DNA of 64,000 bases, from assembly GCF_000315625.1 (NCBI RefSeq), contig NW_005434639.1:463615-527614 (forward strand), read 5' to 3'. The translations under genes were made by a program, and so were the position numbers. Positions 31,974-45,839 of the stretch are shown one piece after another (position 1 is the stretch's first letter; every line of letters starts with the position of its first letter). This DNA is from Guillardia theta CCMP2712 (lineage: Eukaryota > Protista > Cryptophyta). The notes under the pieces were generated by a model that saw only the letters and a program-made list of their open reading frames with translations, searched no databases and was not told where the DNA came from.

Positions 31974-34775
31974 CTAGCGAGTTTGATTGAATCGTTTCAT
32001 CTTGCAGCTATGACATGAGCTCTGCTGTCGTTTGGCCCCCCCATCTTCCTGTCCACCGACAACCGCAGGAGCGACAGGAAGCGATCGGCCCACCCTCCTC
32101 TGCGACACGTCAGCAACGTCCAACCTTGCCCTCCCTCCAGCACCTGTCGAGAAATTTGGTTTCCCATCTCCTCTGCACCAGCCTCCTCCTCCATCCCTTG
32201 GCCAGCTCTGCCCCCCTCTCCGCTGCTCGAACAGCAAGTGCAACATACTCACTCAGGCTACGAACGAGCGTCTGCTCCATCCCTCAAGTTGTCGTCAGCC
32301 CCCTTGCTCCTCCTCTTGTAGTCTCACCAGTGCAGATCAGCAGGGAAGCTGCGACTCGGTTCACGATGCCGGAGCCTGCCATGCTCAAAACAGGGACACC
32401 AGAGGCGAGCGAGTCAGCTGCGGAGCTGCGGCAGGCAGTCAGAAGAGGAAGGAGCAGGAGACGTGTACCTGTGAGCATTGTAGACGAGAGTGTCTAGGAA
32501 GAGTGATGCTCCGCTCTTCTTCTGCAGGTGCTCAGCTCGAGGGTAAAGGTCGGTGAAGACTAGGCGCTTATCATCCACTCCTCTTGCCTTCGCCTCCTTC
32601 CTCAGCCGCTTCTCTGCGCTGGAAGGAAATTTGAGCAGCCACAAGATGGAGGAGTCAACTTGAGAGAGGATCTAGACATCTGTTACAGTAGCTGTGGAAG
32701 TAAAGGGCTGACCTTCATCCATGCCCCGAACACAGACGGCGTCAGCTTATACAAGCTGTTGAAGGAGGCGTAACGGAAGTATGATGGGCCAATGCCCAGC
32801 TCCTTTCCAACTGATCTGGCAGCATATTCGCCGTCTTCTTCGTGCTCTCTGTCATCCTGTCCTGCGAGGTCAGCTGATTCCCGTCATAGTTTCAGCGCAC
32901 CAGCCGCCCGTAGTCCTCAACGAGGAAGAAGGAGAAGGCAGGAGGAAACAGCATCAGTTTCTCCGTCATGAACCCTGAGAACTCTGGAGGCACGAGGATT
33001 CTGTCGGCCACGAACAAGTCGATGAAGTTCGCGCCGCTCGTTCCTGCATATCCATGAAACAAGACCTGTACCTCCACGTCATTGACCTTGCAGTCTGACC
33101 GTTGGAGCCCACCTGGACTGCAGCTGGGCGCAGAGAAAGAATCTCGATGCGATTTCCTTTGGTTTGACCATTAAGGTCCAAGAGAACGTGCAACTGAGAG
33201 AGCAGGTGAGACCGGCAAGTCAGCTTGTCCCTCCACCTTGTCTGCGTTGATGTGCCGAGCTGCAGCTTCTGTGCTCCAGTCCCGGATGTCCGTCAACTTC
33301 GAATATTGCTCGATCTGGCGCCGAGGATGCGAGCCGTCGTCCGAGGAGAGCGCGTAGCAAAGGACAGTCGCTCCTCGCTCCTGCATCAGCGGCAGGAGCG
33401 CTGCGATGCCATGCCCGACGATGTGATTGGTGAGGTCAGAGGAAAGAATTCCTAATCTTATACCCCCCTCTCGCACATCAGCAGTGAACCTGGTCAAAAG
33501 CGTTAGTTTTAGTTGAGGGATGGTCAAGCTCTACCAAGGTTTCAGGGGCAGAAGATAGCGAACGGAGGAGAATGCTGAGTTCGAGTGATACTCAGCGACC
33601 TTCTTCAGGAGCTCCAGGTCGACTCCGAAGATGTTTGCGTAGAATGTTGACAATGACAGCTTCTTTCCATCTGCATTGACAAATTCTCTCAATCTTGTAG
33701 CTGCGGATCAACAGCTAACCTCTCAGTTCTTTCCTCGACACTTCGATAATCCGCTTCAAGAAGGACTTCCTGTTCCTCCAGTCGCACAAGTACGCTTTTG
33801 CAGATGCCATGTTGACCATGATGTCCCCGCTGTCGGGCATCAACTTCAGCGCATTCTTGTATGCTTCCACAGCTCCCTCCAACTGTCATGACGTCACCCG
33901 GTTGACACGAGCCTCGTCCACCTCACGTCTCCCACGTCTCGCTTGAAGTTTGCGAGGTTGTTATAGGCTTCAGGAAAGAAAGGATTCAGCGCCAGCCCTT
34001 GCTCCAGATACTGTATCCCGGCGGTCAAATTCTTCCTTGCGCTTATTCCCCCTGCCCTCGGGGTCACGGTGGACCCATCCTCCTCTCCTCGGATCTCACC
34101 CATGTTCACGTAGTAGTTCGCCTCCTTCGGATTCGCTCTGATGGCGTAACCGTAGCTCGCTCCCGCCTCCTCGAACCTCGACATGCTCATAAGGCAGTTC
34201 CCAAGGTTGTTATAAGCGTCGCCGTATCCTGGCAGCAACCGCGTTGCACGAAGGAACGCCTGACGAGCATCAGCATCGGCAGCAGGAGATCCGCATCACC
34301 TTTCGTGCTGTCTCCAAGTCCTGCATCGCCATCCTGACGTTGCCCCTGTAGTCACAATCAGCAAGGAGAGGGCAGGGAACGGGGGGGCGGATGGTTACCT
34401 GCGATAGGCATGAGTAGGACCCGCAGGATCAAGGCGGCTCGCAAGGATGTAGCAGCGTTCCGCCAGGTTCAAGAGACCCTCTTCCTTCATGACGACCCCG
34501 AGATTCGATGCTGCTCCCCCCCATCGTCCACCGAGGAGAGTTCCTGAGCAGAACCCACCGCACAGGACCCTCCCTGCCCCTCGGATGCTGCCCTTCCCAT
34601 GATGCTCAGCAGCCTTACGCTCGATCTCATCTCCTGACATCTTAGCCACCAACACCTCAAGGTCCCTGCAGTCACCGCACAGAGTGTCTTCTCCTTGCCC
34701 TCCTCGCTTTGCCCCTCCCCCGACAGCGACGACCAACATCATCAGCACCAAGACCTTCATGGCGTCAACCATCAT
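31974..34775 (-). CDS. TPR + GT41 O-GlcNAc transferase-like protein (OGT/SEC-like) with N-terminal hydrophobic leader
   Basis: TPRs (DAYNNLGN, EAYNNLAN); GILSSDLTNHIVGH, DLNGQTKGNR, RPAAVQV, GYAGTSGA, FNSLYKL, WLLKFP, FLDTLVYNAH, GVPVLS..RVAASLL. Confidence 0.9.
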
Positions 34776-35791
34776 CGACAGAAGCTTCTGATCGTGTTCT
34801 CCCCTTGCTCTTGCATTCTATACTCGCCTTCTCCTCCTCTCCTCCTCTCCTCCTCTCCTCCTCTCCTCCTCTCCTCCTCTCCTCCTCTCCTCTTCTTCTC
34901 TTCGCAACTTTTCATCTTCTCATCGTAGTCGCTTGCATTTTGCACTCATACAGCACCCTGAGCAGCTCTTACCAACAAGTACCCACCCCCTCATCTTCCT
35001 ACTACCTTGCATACCCCTACAGAGCAGGTCCAAGACACCCCTCCAGGCCCCCAAGGAAATGACATTGCCTTGGGGTTATAATCTACCCCGTCCTACATCC
35101 CTTTTACTACCCCACCCCTCACCCGTCGTAATCCTTCCGCATGCTTGTGGGGAAATGAAGTTGAAAGGCGGCGAGAATAGGGAGAGGGGCGATACGTGGA
35201 GGAGGAGGATGATGGAAGAGAGATGAGGGAGAAGAGAAGAAGAACGGTCAAAGTAGTGTAGAGGAGAAGGCACAAGGGAAGAGAAGTGAGAAGGTCGACA
35301 ATGTCGACGAAGAATGGGACAAGGATAGGGAGTGGGAGAGGAATAGGGTGGGGGCAAGAAATGAGAGGGGGAGGAGAGGGGGAGGGGAGGGACAAGGTTG
35401 GGACAATACTGTCAAGGATGATTATAAGAGAGAAAGAGTAAGAGAGAAAGAGAGAGATGTGTAAGGAGAGGCGTTGTGAAGTGATAGATGGAAGCAAGGA
35501 GCGGAAACATCAGAATGGATTTGGTAAATGCAGAATGAAGGAGAAGTAGGCGAAGGGATTATGCCGGATTCTATCGAAAGATTGGCAAGAAGAGATTTCC
35601 TAGGGAGTTCGTAGATAGAGAGTTTCGACTCACTTCGGCCGAGGGTGTTTGTCGCGAAAACTCTCTTTAGTTTGAGTGTTGTTTACCTCAGGTATTGTGT
35701 TGAATCTTGTGTTGAATCTGCTGCAGGAATGCAAGTTGCTGCTCTGCTGGTCTAGAACGGAAGAGATACGCAGCTTCAGTGATCGCCTTTC

Positions 35792-38747
35792 ATGTCCTCT
35801 TTGCTTCGCTCGCGGGTTCTCAAAGGCCTCGGAGACCTCGGCCATGTTCTCAAGACCCGCAAGAGCAAATGCTCATGGCTTCCTAGCAGTCTTGTCCGAG
35901 GGACCAGGCAGCTCAGGCTACAGTCGTTCACGTCGACGTCTAGTTGGGGGAAGACGACCCGATCTCGTTGGCTCGTAGTTGGCACTGGAGCCGCCGCCGG
36001 GCTGGCATGCTGCATGTTGGAAGCGAACAAGACTTATCTAGCGGAGATGGAAGGTGAGTCCTGGCTGTGACAGAGTGAATAGAGCTGAGAAGCTTCAGGT
36101 GTGAGTGTGGCTGCTCTGAGCGATGCGGTGCTCGGCAAGAGCGACGTTTCGAAGCTGCAGAGTATCCTAGAGTCGGTTGCTAGCCAAGTCGCGTCGAACG
36201 ACGTGGAAGACCGGAGAGTGATCCTTCAGCTGCTCTCGCGGAGAGACATCTTGCTTCATCAGAAGGACGCGATCAGACGTGGAGCCTTGAAGGCCCTCAA
36301 AGAATGCGTCTCGACGCTCTCTGATGATTCCGGCGCCGCAACCATGGTGGCTGTCCAGAGCGAGGCCTACAAGAATTTGCTTGCGTGTGCAGCAGACACT
36401 TTCAATCGAGTGAAGGAAGGTAAAGGTGACGCAGAAGCAGCGGAAACTCTTCACCTCGTCATGGGCTGTCTGTCTGAATGGAATCTCAAGGCGAAACTCA
36501 GCCCTGAAGATGCGAAAGGAATTCTCAAGATATGCAGGAGTGACGACATCTTGAGAAGTCAAAGTGCCGGGCTGATTGAAAACTCACTGCAAGCTCTGCT
36601 ATTCATATCCAAGGCCAAAGGTCAGCCAAGAGCTCGCTCTCTACCCAATCCATTGATTCCTCTTCTCCTCAGATGCTCTTCCTGGCCTTATTAGTGCTGA
36701 GTCGATCGATCTGTGCTCGAGAGTCTTGGACGACAAGTCTTCGTCAGCTAGCGCAAAAGTCCTGGGCTCGCAGGTTTTGGCTCAGTTGACAGAGTACAAG
36801 GGCTCGTGGCTGAGCTCCAACATCTCCAAGTATCGAGGTTCCAGTCACCTGGATCTTGTATTGGAGGTCCTGACTAGTAGCAGGGTTCTCTGACGTGGTG
36901 AAACAAATCGCGCTGCTGTCTTCGATAGATATGGACGCGGATCTCAGTATGAGATGCCTTGTAAGGATCCTGTCTCGCCTCCAACACCTCTAACGACTGC
37001 TGGCAAGGAATCTCTGGCCAAGATCGCTACGTCAGGGTTTCACAAGAACCTCAGTCAGCAGGCAGCAGAGTCTTTGATTGGAGCCTTCACCTTTGTGTTG
37101 ATGCCTTCCAGAGGTTCTAGAGGAGAGAGTGGAGGATGTGTATGAGAGTTGACTTGAGAGCTCAGGCTCGAGTGATGAGCAGATGTCTCTGGCCATCGAG
37201 TCCCTGGCGACTGCAGCAACAGATCCGAAACTGATCTCTCTCGTTGCCAAGTATTTGTCGTAGTTCTCGCGCGCCATGCTGACTTTTCTCAGATCTCCGA
37301 CGGCAGACCACATCATCTCGGTCGCAAGCACTTCGCTCAAAGTGTCGAACGCTGTTGCTGCTCTCCACGTCTGTCTTGCCCTCCTGTCTCTGCGCGCCTC
37401 AACACGGTGTGACAGATCCTCTCCGCCATCGCCAAGTCGTCCCTGGAGGCCGCTGAGTTTCTCAGCCACAGCGGAGCCATCCAAGGTGATGGAAAGGAGA
37501 GTTTTCTCCTTCTGATGTCCGCCAGGTCTCGTTAGCGCCGCTGAACATCACAAGAGTACCATTGAGATCCGTAAGTGTTCCAACGTTCGTTTCTAGGTTG
37601 ACTGCCTGCCAGGGGAAGCGGTCGCGACGTGCCTCGATGCCATTGCCTCAGCTGATTCTGATGACTGCAAGACGCATGTTGCTCACTTTGCAACGTAAGT
37701 CAAGATGACTGCCGGCCGTTGTTTGATGTGCTGCAGCCCCATCATTATCGCCCTCGCAAGGACTTCGGATGAGGACATGCAGGTGACTTAAGCGTGAAGG
37801 TCCGGGATCCTTTGACGGTTCGATGTAGCTGAAAGCTCTACAAATCTTGCTGAAGCTGTGCTACAACTCCTACAACAAGTTTAACATGCAGAAGACCTTC
37901 GGAATCATTGGCGAGCTCGTTCCTTTCCTCGCAAGGGAGGACGTCAAACAACTCGTAATTCCTCTTACTCGCAGCTTCCTTTGGGCAGTCTTGACGTAGG
38001 GTGAGCAGGAAGTTGTGACTGAGTGCTTGGCTCGACTTGCTAGTACCGACAACGCTTACTTTGGGGAGAACACGGAAGAGTTAGGGCGAGCAAGAGCGAT
38101 GAAGCCGCTCATGGTACCTCTAATGCCTCCTCTGAAAATTCTGACATTCTCCTTTCAGATCCTCGCCAAGTCACAACATCCCCTCGTCCATCGGAACGCT
38201 ACTTGGGCCCTCGCCTGCATGACTGCCTGCGACAACAATCACGTTCCAATGCGAGCGTCCATCGACACGCTCTTGCTGGTCTGCTGCTCCATGCACGTCG
38301 AACCTTGACGCCATGCAGGTGCTGGCTCATGGGACAAGAGACGCCCAGCGTCTGGCTGCCATGGCAGTTGCCAACTTGGCGGCGACGGAGAGGACGCGGC
38401 AGATCTTGAAGGTGAGTGACCGTTTTGTCCTCCTCTCGTTCTCCTCAGGTGCTGTCCACCAGGACAAGGGCGCGGAAACACTGCTGCGCAACTGTGCGCA
38501 GATGAACTCCTCGGATCAGATCCTGAAGCAGGTGAGGAAGAGAGTGAGGGAAGGAGGAGAAAGACTGGAAAACAATCGAACGAATACGAAAGGAATTTAG
38601 AAATGCGAAAGAGAGGGCATGTTAGCCAGTGGGAGGGAAGGGGAGGAAGAAGAAAGGTGACGATTGTGTTGGTAGGTGTACAAGACGGCCATGACAAACC
38701 TGAAGCGAGGAGGGCAACAAGTTTTCAACATTCCTTTGCCTGAATGA
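35792..38747 (+). CDS. Armadillo-repeat protein with possible mitochondrial leader
   Basis: R/S-rich N-terminus plus hydrophobic segment; ARM-like VHRNATWALAC and AQRLAAMAVANLA; many short introns; stop after NIPLPE. Confidence 0.75.
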
Positions 38748-39137
38748 GGATCTTTAGAATGAATCAAACCTCACATGTCCCCGAGTCCTCAAGGACTTTT
38801 CACAACTAGTCAGTTTCAACGAGTTATCATCGACGATGAGCTCTGCTATACGCAGATGAGAGACTATACGCACTACGGTAATGGTATTTTACACTGATTT
38901 CATTTCTTTTTCTCTCTTTCTTTTTCTTTCTTTTTCTTTCTTTTTCTTTTTTCCTTTGTCACGTACAGTCATCCACCCCTCGTATTTAACTTTTAAAATA
39001 GGGACGAAGGGGGTAGGGGGGTTACTTTCTTTTACCCTACCCCCTTCTGATTTGCTTGAAAACACCGGTACTAAGGGGTTGCCCTCAATAACCCACCCTC
39101 CCAAGATTGACACCCGTGTATTCCCCCCTATTTCGCC

Positions 39138-40584
39138 ATGGCAGGCAGACGGGTAGCGGAGGCGATGCGATCATGCGCAGCATGTCCGTCCTCTTCCTCC
39201 GCAGCCCATCGCATCCTCTCTTCGACTTTTGTCTCTCTCCCTTCCTCGTCCGCCTCCGTCTCGTTATGTCCTCAGACCAGGTCCATCATGACCTCCAATC
39301 CCTCCCGGATGCTGCATGCCACTCCCCCTCCATTCATCAAAGGCGCAAAGGCGTTTCAGACTCCCCTTGTCTCTGCTTTGCCTTCTACCTCTGGGTCCTC
39401 AGGATCGCCCAGTGCACTTCAGCTTCGTGCAATGACGACATGGCGACGAGTAAACGATGAGGAGCAATGGCAGGGGATCAAGCAAGCAGTAGCTCTGGGC
39501 CTGGCCAGTCTGTTTGTAGGAGCAGCATGGATGGTTTCATCGCGCGAGACTTCATGCGAAGCCAAAGTAGATGACGATGAGGACAAGTTCACTCCAGAGG
39601 AGAGGAAGGCGCTTCCAGCTCCAGGGCAAGTGAACAACCTCAAGCTATACACCAAGTAATTGTAGACCTTTGCTTGCCTAACTTGACGAAGCCCCTTGAT
39701 CAGAGCCGAAGTTGCTCAGCATATCAGCAGAGAGGCAGGAGGCATCTGGGTGACTTACAAGGACGGAGTGTATGACATCACCGAGTTCATCGAAAGTCAC
39801 CCAGGAGGAGCAAGCAAAATCCTCCTGGCCGCCGGCAAGGCCATCGATCCGTACTGGAACATCTTCCAGCAGGTGGGGGGGCTGGCTCTCCAGCTCCAGC
39901 TCCAGCTCCAGCTCACACTCTTGTCCAGCACTTCAGGACAGGCTTCCCTCTCCAGCTCCTGGAGTCCATGAGGGTTGGCTCCTTGGCCCCAGGAGAGGTT
40001 CCAACCTGCTTGTTACTGTCTAGCTGCCCTGACGCTCTGTCTGGCCAGTACGTGGAGGAGAAGCAGGCGGATCCATACGCGGTGAGCGAGCTGCTGTGCC
40101 GGCGAGACGTTGAGGGCGTGTGAGCTCAGGTGGATCCCATCCGAGACGAGAGGCTGATACTGCACAACTCGGCCCCTTGCAACGCTGAGATACCGGAGCA
40201 CGTGACCTGACGCCCCGCCCTCGTGCTCCTGCGTGACATGTCGCAGTACATCATGGAGTCCTACCTCACCCCCAACGAGTTGTGGTTCGTGCGGCATCAC
40301 AACCCCGTTCCCATCATCGACCCCAACAACTACACGCTGACAATCAAGGGCAAGGTCATTACATGGGCTGTTCTTGCAGCTACTCACCGGCTAGCAGTGC
40401 TGCAAGGATGTCACCTTCTCCCTTCAAGATGTCTGGCTGCTGTTGTTTCTTGTCCTCCTCCTCTTACTCGTCCTCCTCAGCTGCAAGAGAAGTTTCCCAA
40501 GCATGAGGTTGATGTCACGATCCAATGCTCCGGGAACAGAAGGTCCCACTTTGATGGAGTCAAGAAAGCTCAGGTGAGAGGAGA

Positions 40585-40620
<36 letters not shown>

Positions 40621-40711
40621 AGCAGGAGCAGGAGCAGGAGGGGGAGCAGGAGCAGGAGGAGCAGGAGCAGGAGCAGGAGCAGGAGGGGGAGCAGGAGCAG
40701 GAGCAGGAGGG

Positions 40712-40776
<65 letters not shown>

Positions 40777-41718
40777 AGCAGCCGGAGGCTGCATTAGAAT
40801 GAGTTCAGCTGAGAACCTGAGAAGCTCATTGCGTTTTTCTCAGGGTATCCCTTGGAACATGGGAGGAGTGAGTACAGCCCGGTCTGAGTCAGGGAGAGAT
40901 CGCAGCAGCTGCTGACGAGCTTTAAGGTTTGGAGGAGCGAGGTTGAAGGATGTGCTGGAGTATTGCGGTGTCAAAGATCCGGAGAAGAACGGAATCCACC
41001 ATGTTCAAGTCAGTCGTTTGACTGACCTCCTCCTCCCCTGCTGCTCCTGCTTTTCTTTCCCACTCCTCTCCTGTTCTTCCTCTCCACTCTCCTTCTCCGC
41101 TCACAATCCTTGTAGTTCATATCACAAGATGAGATGCTTGCATCTATTCCCATCGAGAAGGCGTTCTCGGTAAGGTGCCATGAAGGAGGACAGTGCGTAG
41201 TGACATGCTGTTGAAGTATTCGGGTGATGTTCTACTCGCCTACGAGATGAACGGAGAAGAAATTCCGACAGGTTGAGGTGCCTGCAGCACCTGCTCCTCC
41301 TCCTTATTGCTTGCAGATCACGGCTATCCTGTTCGAGCTGTTGTTCCGGGATACGTTGGTGTTAGAAATGTGAAGTGGGTGAAGGAGGTAAGGAAAGGAG
41401 GAGGGAGGAGGAAGGGGGGGGGAGGGAGGAGGAGGGTGGGGGGGGAGGGGGGGGCAGGAGGAGGAGGAGGGTATGTGAATGGGGATCATCGATGATGCAT
41501 TTCTCTGCAGGTCTTCGTCTCAGAGCAAGAGGCTGAGGGCCCGTGGCAGAGAGGAGGTGAGCGAGCGGGAGGTGCAGCGGCAAAGCTGACGACCCTCCTA
41601 GTTGCCTACAAGGGGTTTGCTAGCAACATCACAGACCTGCAGCACCTCCCAACTCACGTCATCGAGCGGGCAGCTCCAGTGCAGGAGCCGCCAGTCACGG
41701 TCGGGTCCTCTCGTCTCT

Positions 41719-41753
<35 letters not shown>

Positions 41754-42461
41754 ATCCTCGTCCTCGTCCTCTTCCTCTTCCTTCTCCCTAATGATCGATC
41801 CCTTGGCTCCTACATATCCACTTCTGCCTCCTCTCACTCTACTTGCAGAGTCTCATCGTTCACCCTGCTAACAACGCTAAGGTTCACTCTCAAACGCTCG
41901 AGGTGAGACGCGAGGACGTGCGCGTGCGAGTGACCGGGGAGCAGCTCAAGGGATGGGCGTACAGCGGCGGAGGACGAGGCATCGTTCGGGTGGAGGTCTC
42001 GATCGATGGAGGGAAGTCTTGGCACACGGCAGAGCTGAAGGAGGTGACATCACTCCTGTCGTTTGCTGGGCACTCAGACAGGTGCCAGGGGTCAGAGCAG
42101 AAGCTCACGAGGGCATGGGCGTGGACCTTCTGGAGCGCGAATGTGATGGAGTTGATGGCAAGGAGACGAGCTCACGCCATCCGCAGGTTGAGGTTCCTAA
42201 AGAGCTCCAAGGAAAGAGCAGCGAGATCATGTGCAGAGCCACCGACGCGTCATACAACTCGCAGGTGAGCAGAGGAGAGATGCGCGAGAAGGAGAGAGGG
42301 AGAGAGGGAGAGAGGGAGAGAGAGAGAGGAGGAGGAGAAGAGAGAGAGAGAGAGAGAGAGTCTGATTCCCATCCCCTCAGCCCGAGCACGCGTCTTCCAT
42401 CTGGAACGTCCGTGGGCTGTGCAACACAGCATGGCATAGGAAGACCGTCCACTTTGACTGA
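39138..42461 (+). CDS. SUOX: Sulfite oxidase (cytochrome b5 + Moco + dimerisation domains)
   Basis: VYDITEFIESHPGG, LWFVRHH, QCSGNRR, DHGYPVRAVVPGYVGVRNVKW, GWAYSGGGRGIVRVEVS, IWNVRGL; b5 domain N-terminal as in animal SUOX. Confidence 0.95.
40584..40781 (+). repeat. Intronic (GGAGCA)n microsatellite
   Basis: Directly follows the CAG/GTGAG donor at 40574 in the sulfite oxidase gene; similar tract on the minus strand at about 62885-62945. Confidence 0.95.
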
Positions 42462-42736
42462 TCATCGCCAGTCAGACCAGGAGCAACGAGCGTCCTTAAG
42501 ACTCTCATGCACCCTCGAGCACTTCGAACAATGGAGAACGCTTCTACCATTCCCTTTCCTGCTTCAGACCAGATCAACAGCTTGCCTACAAGTCAAGACA
42601 CTGTTGGTCTCGCGTGCCATGTACCGCATGCGCTACTTGAGATGCAGTATGAGATCCAGTTTACTCTACTTGTTCAATGAAACAGGTACTTCACGACTAG
42701 GCCAGCCATGACTCCTGGGCCAGCGTGTTCCACGTC

Positions 42737-44235
42737 TCACTTGCATTCATCTAGTATGATAGGCAAGACATGAGTGTCAAGCTGATTGATCCAGCTTCTC
42801 CTCCCCAGCCGCGGGTGAGCTCCCATCAAGAAGGTGATCCAGAAGGGAAGGAGCATTTGTCTGCTCAGCCAGCTCTCAAAGCTTGCCAAGCAAGACTGAC
42901 AGATCGTCGACATTGATCGCGTCGCTTGTTCGAGGCTGAACAGACCGGAGCCGCCCATGTGAACGCATGTCTTGCATCGGATGGATGAAACCATCTGCAG
43001 CCTTCTGATACTTGTCTCGCATGCCGCCCACAGCTCGAGCTGCTGGGGACTTGTTTCCCCCTGCTCATTCCGCTGCTTCAGTTGATCCAACAGCCTGAGG
43101 ATGAAGAGAATACTCGGAAGCGACCTGCGCCTGCTGTCTCACTCTCCTCCTCTCTCGCACACAGCGTGGATGCGTCATCACCTGTCGATCAGGCTGTCAA
43201 CAGCCTCGAGCGCGACCTGTCGCACCCTCCAGTCCTCATCGCCCAGCAAGACATGCATCCTGTAGAGAACGAAAGGGCAGCCGGGGGTTGAAACCTGACG
43301 GCTGGCGTCATGGACCAGAGAGCAAGAGCCAGGAATGAAAGAAACGTACTTGTACGAGCGCATCGACCGCCGACTCCCTGACCTGCCAGTCCTTCTCCTT
43401 CTGTTGTCAACCAAGTCAAGTGTGCGAGTGCAACACGAGTGCCCATACCGCGATCGCCCATACTCGATCGATCGTCTCCTCGTCGCCTTTGGCCGCGACA
43501 TGACCGAGAGCAGCGAGGACGGCAGATCGAACTTGAGGGATGGGGTGAGAGAGGCGGGCGATGAGCTCTTTCACAATCTCCCTGCCGTTTCTCGTCACCT
43601 CCTCTCCTCTTCTCACTCTCCTGCAACCTATTCTCGTTGCCGAAGATCCGCGATGTAGCCCAAACAGCCACTTGCCTTGATCGCTCGTTCTTGCAACATA
43701 TCTGTGACAAAACTGCCTCTGATACCAACGTTTGATCCGAGCAAGCGATGGAGGAAAGTTCTTTGACTGCAAACTGAGCGCTCGTGTCAACAAGAATTCC
43801 ACACATTCATTTGGAAACGACCTTTCTGCATTCCCAACGTTTGTCTTGAAGTTGTTTCAGCAGGCTGTTCACATGGTTTTTCCGCAGCTTTCTACTCGTT
43901 TCATCATCCAGCCTCTGACGTGGCGAGGGCCAGGCCCTTTGCAAGGAAGGCAACACAACGTCTTCCTTCATCCTGCTCGACAGATTCTTTCGCGGGGTGC
44001 TGAGCTTTACGTCTTGCAAGGCGTTGTGCTCGGAATGTAGCATGTTTCCGTGCCTGCCGTTGGCGGGTTTGAACTCTCTCATCGGACTGAGGGCGGGATC
44101 TCTTCTCACACAGTCATCTTTGCTCTCAGCGCACTCGGAGCATCTGTCATGCGACCTGGCGTACTTGACGACGCCGAGCCTGACATGTGACTTGTCGAAC
44201 TCGAGCTTGTGCTGACTCTCAAAATGCCTTGACAT
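42737..44235 (-). CDS. HEAT-repeat protein with C-terminal FLMGxHxRLG motif
   Basis: LQDKRWECRK, LSHPIPQVRSAVLAALGHV, LGDEDWRVRQVALEAV; ends FLMGAHPRLGRRSWINQL; start may be slightly upstream. Confidence 0.75.
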
Positions 44236-44883
44236 GCTCAGCCCACCCGTTCACCTTCTGCCGTGAACAGGCCTAGCTACGAGCTCTACCTCCTCTGATC
44301 TCGATCTGAACATCTCACCATGATGTGCATGTCGTCTGATAGTGTCCCTGTCCTCCATTGCCTTTCTTGCCAATTCAGCTGCTGTTCCTTTCTTTTCTGT
44401 TTCCCAAACTCCAGTCCCCTGTTGAAGTTATCTCAATAGATGCTTCTTACAACCTTGAAGACTGGTAGTCAATGATCAATTCTATCCGAATCTTTCTTTC
44501 TCTATAGGCTCTCATGACCTCTATCTATGTCTCTTCAAGTTCCGACGGCCGGCCATCGCTCAGCTGTCTCTACTGGGCCTCTACTATCATTGAAACCTGA
44601 CTCTGTGATATCTCACAATGACCGTGGAGGGAGCCACTATCAACGTAGAGCCCAGGGATACACATCTACTTACACTGACCAGGCATCATCATACGGAATG
44701 ACAGCACAACTTGCCAACTTCTCATCATGTGCGGACTGCTCTCAATCTCACTCTTTCTCTTTGCTGCCGGCGGCGCTACCCCGCCATCGTCTCACGGTAT
44801 ACTACCGTTTTTAATGTCATGGCAACCGGCGACCCGGGCCGGTACCACGGTCACGGTCACTGACCCGGCTGGTGGCCGGGCAC

Positions 44884-45032
44884 TCTGATTTTTAACTTAA
44901 CTTTGAGTAAAGCCGGTACTGATCTTTAACTTAACTTTGAGTAAAGCCGGTACTGATCTTTAACTTAACTTTGAGTAAAGACGAGGACTCCCCAGGATTG
45001 CTCGCACTGATTTTTAACTTAACTTTGAGTAA
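44884..45032 (+). repeat. Four copies of CTGATYTTTAACTTAACTTTGAGTAAAG
   Basis: Copies starting near 44885, 44919, 44953 and 45007; related copies at 30578-30599 (minus strand) and 51704-51724. Confidence 0.92.
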
Positions 45033-45839
45033 AGAGGGACCCGGTCTCTTCTTACTACCAAGATGTCCGGGCCTCGGATTCTCCGACCGGGGCCCCCGGG
45101 CCGTCAGGACGGAGTACCGGCGGGACATACCCCGATTTTTTAGCAGTAGTATTGACTTCGGCAGTACCGGTACCTCCGACCGGAATTCCGGGGGGACCGT
45201 GAACCGTGAACATTCTTCGGAGCTCCGGGCCAGCGGAAGTGACTCATGGGACAGACAGCCTGTGCTGTAGCGGGGATTTTAACCGCAGTGCCCCTCCAAT
45301 AAATTTGAAATGTCACTTGAAATTTTCAAATATTTTTTTTATGAATATTTAGAATCTAGCAGGAAAGAACTGCCGCGGGAGTAGTCAATGTCACGTCCCT
45401 CTGATGAATGACCAGGTCACGTCCCCTCTATGACTACTGACTAGGTCACGACCCCTTGCCTTCATCAACTTTACAACAGTAAGAGGTCTAAAGGGCAGTT
45501 TAAAATGAAATGTAGGAGATCACTGGTACAAATAAAAACTATAACTATACATATTGGTACTAACAAAAGATCAACTCTATAAATGATACAAGGAAGGGGG
45601 AAAGTGTGGGGAGAAGGTGATGTAGGTGAAGAGGGAAAGGGCGGTGGTTGAGATCGAAGGAGGAACAAGAGCTTGAGAGGACATGAGATGCTTTCGGAGA
45701 CTTCAGTCTTTCGGAACAAGTTGGAGCGGAATTTGAAGTGAATTGAGAGGAGACTAGGGTTGGATTGGAAGGAGGGGAACGGGGAGGAAGGGGATGATCA
45801 AGGTCGAGACCTTCCGTGACTTGTTGTCTTGCAGGGAAG

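Noticed and set aside
40570-40794. Pro-Ala / Gly-Ala repeat proteins (also 57548-57848, 62735-63066)
   Set aside because: Translations of intronic microsatellites.
39138-42461. Nitrate reductase
   Set aside because: The b5 domain is N-terminal and no FAD/NADH domain follows, which fits sulfite oxidase.
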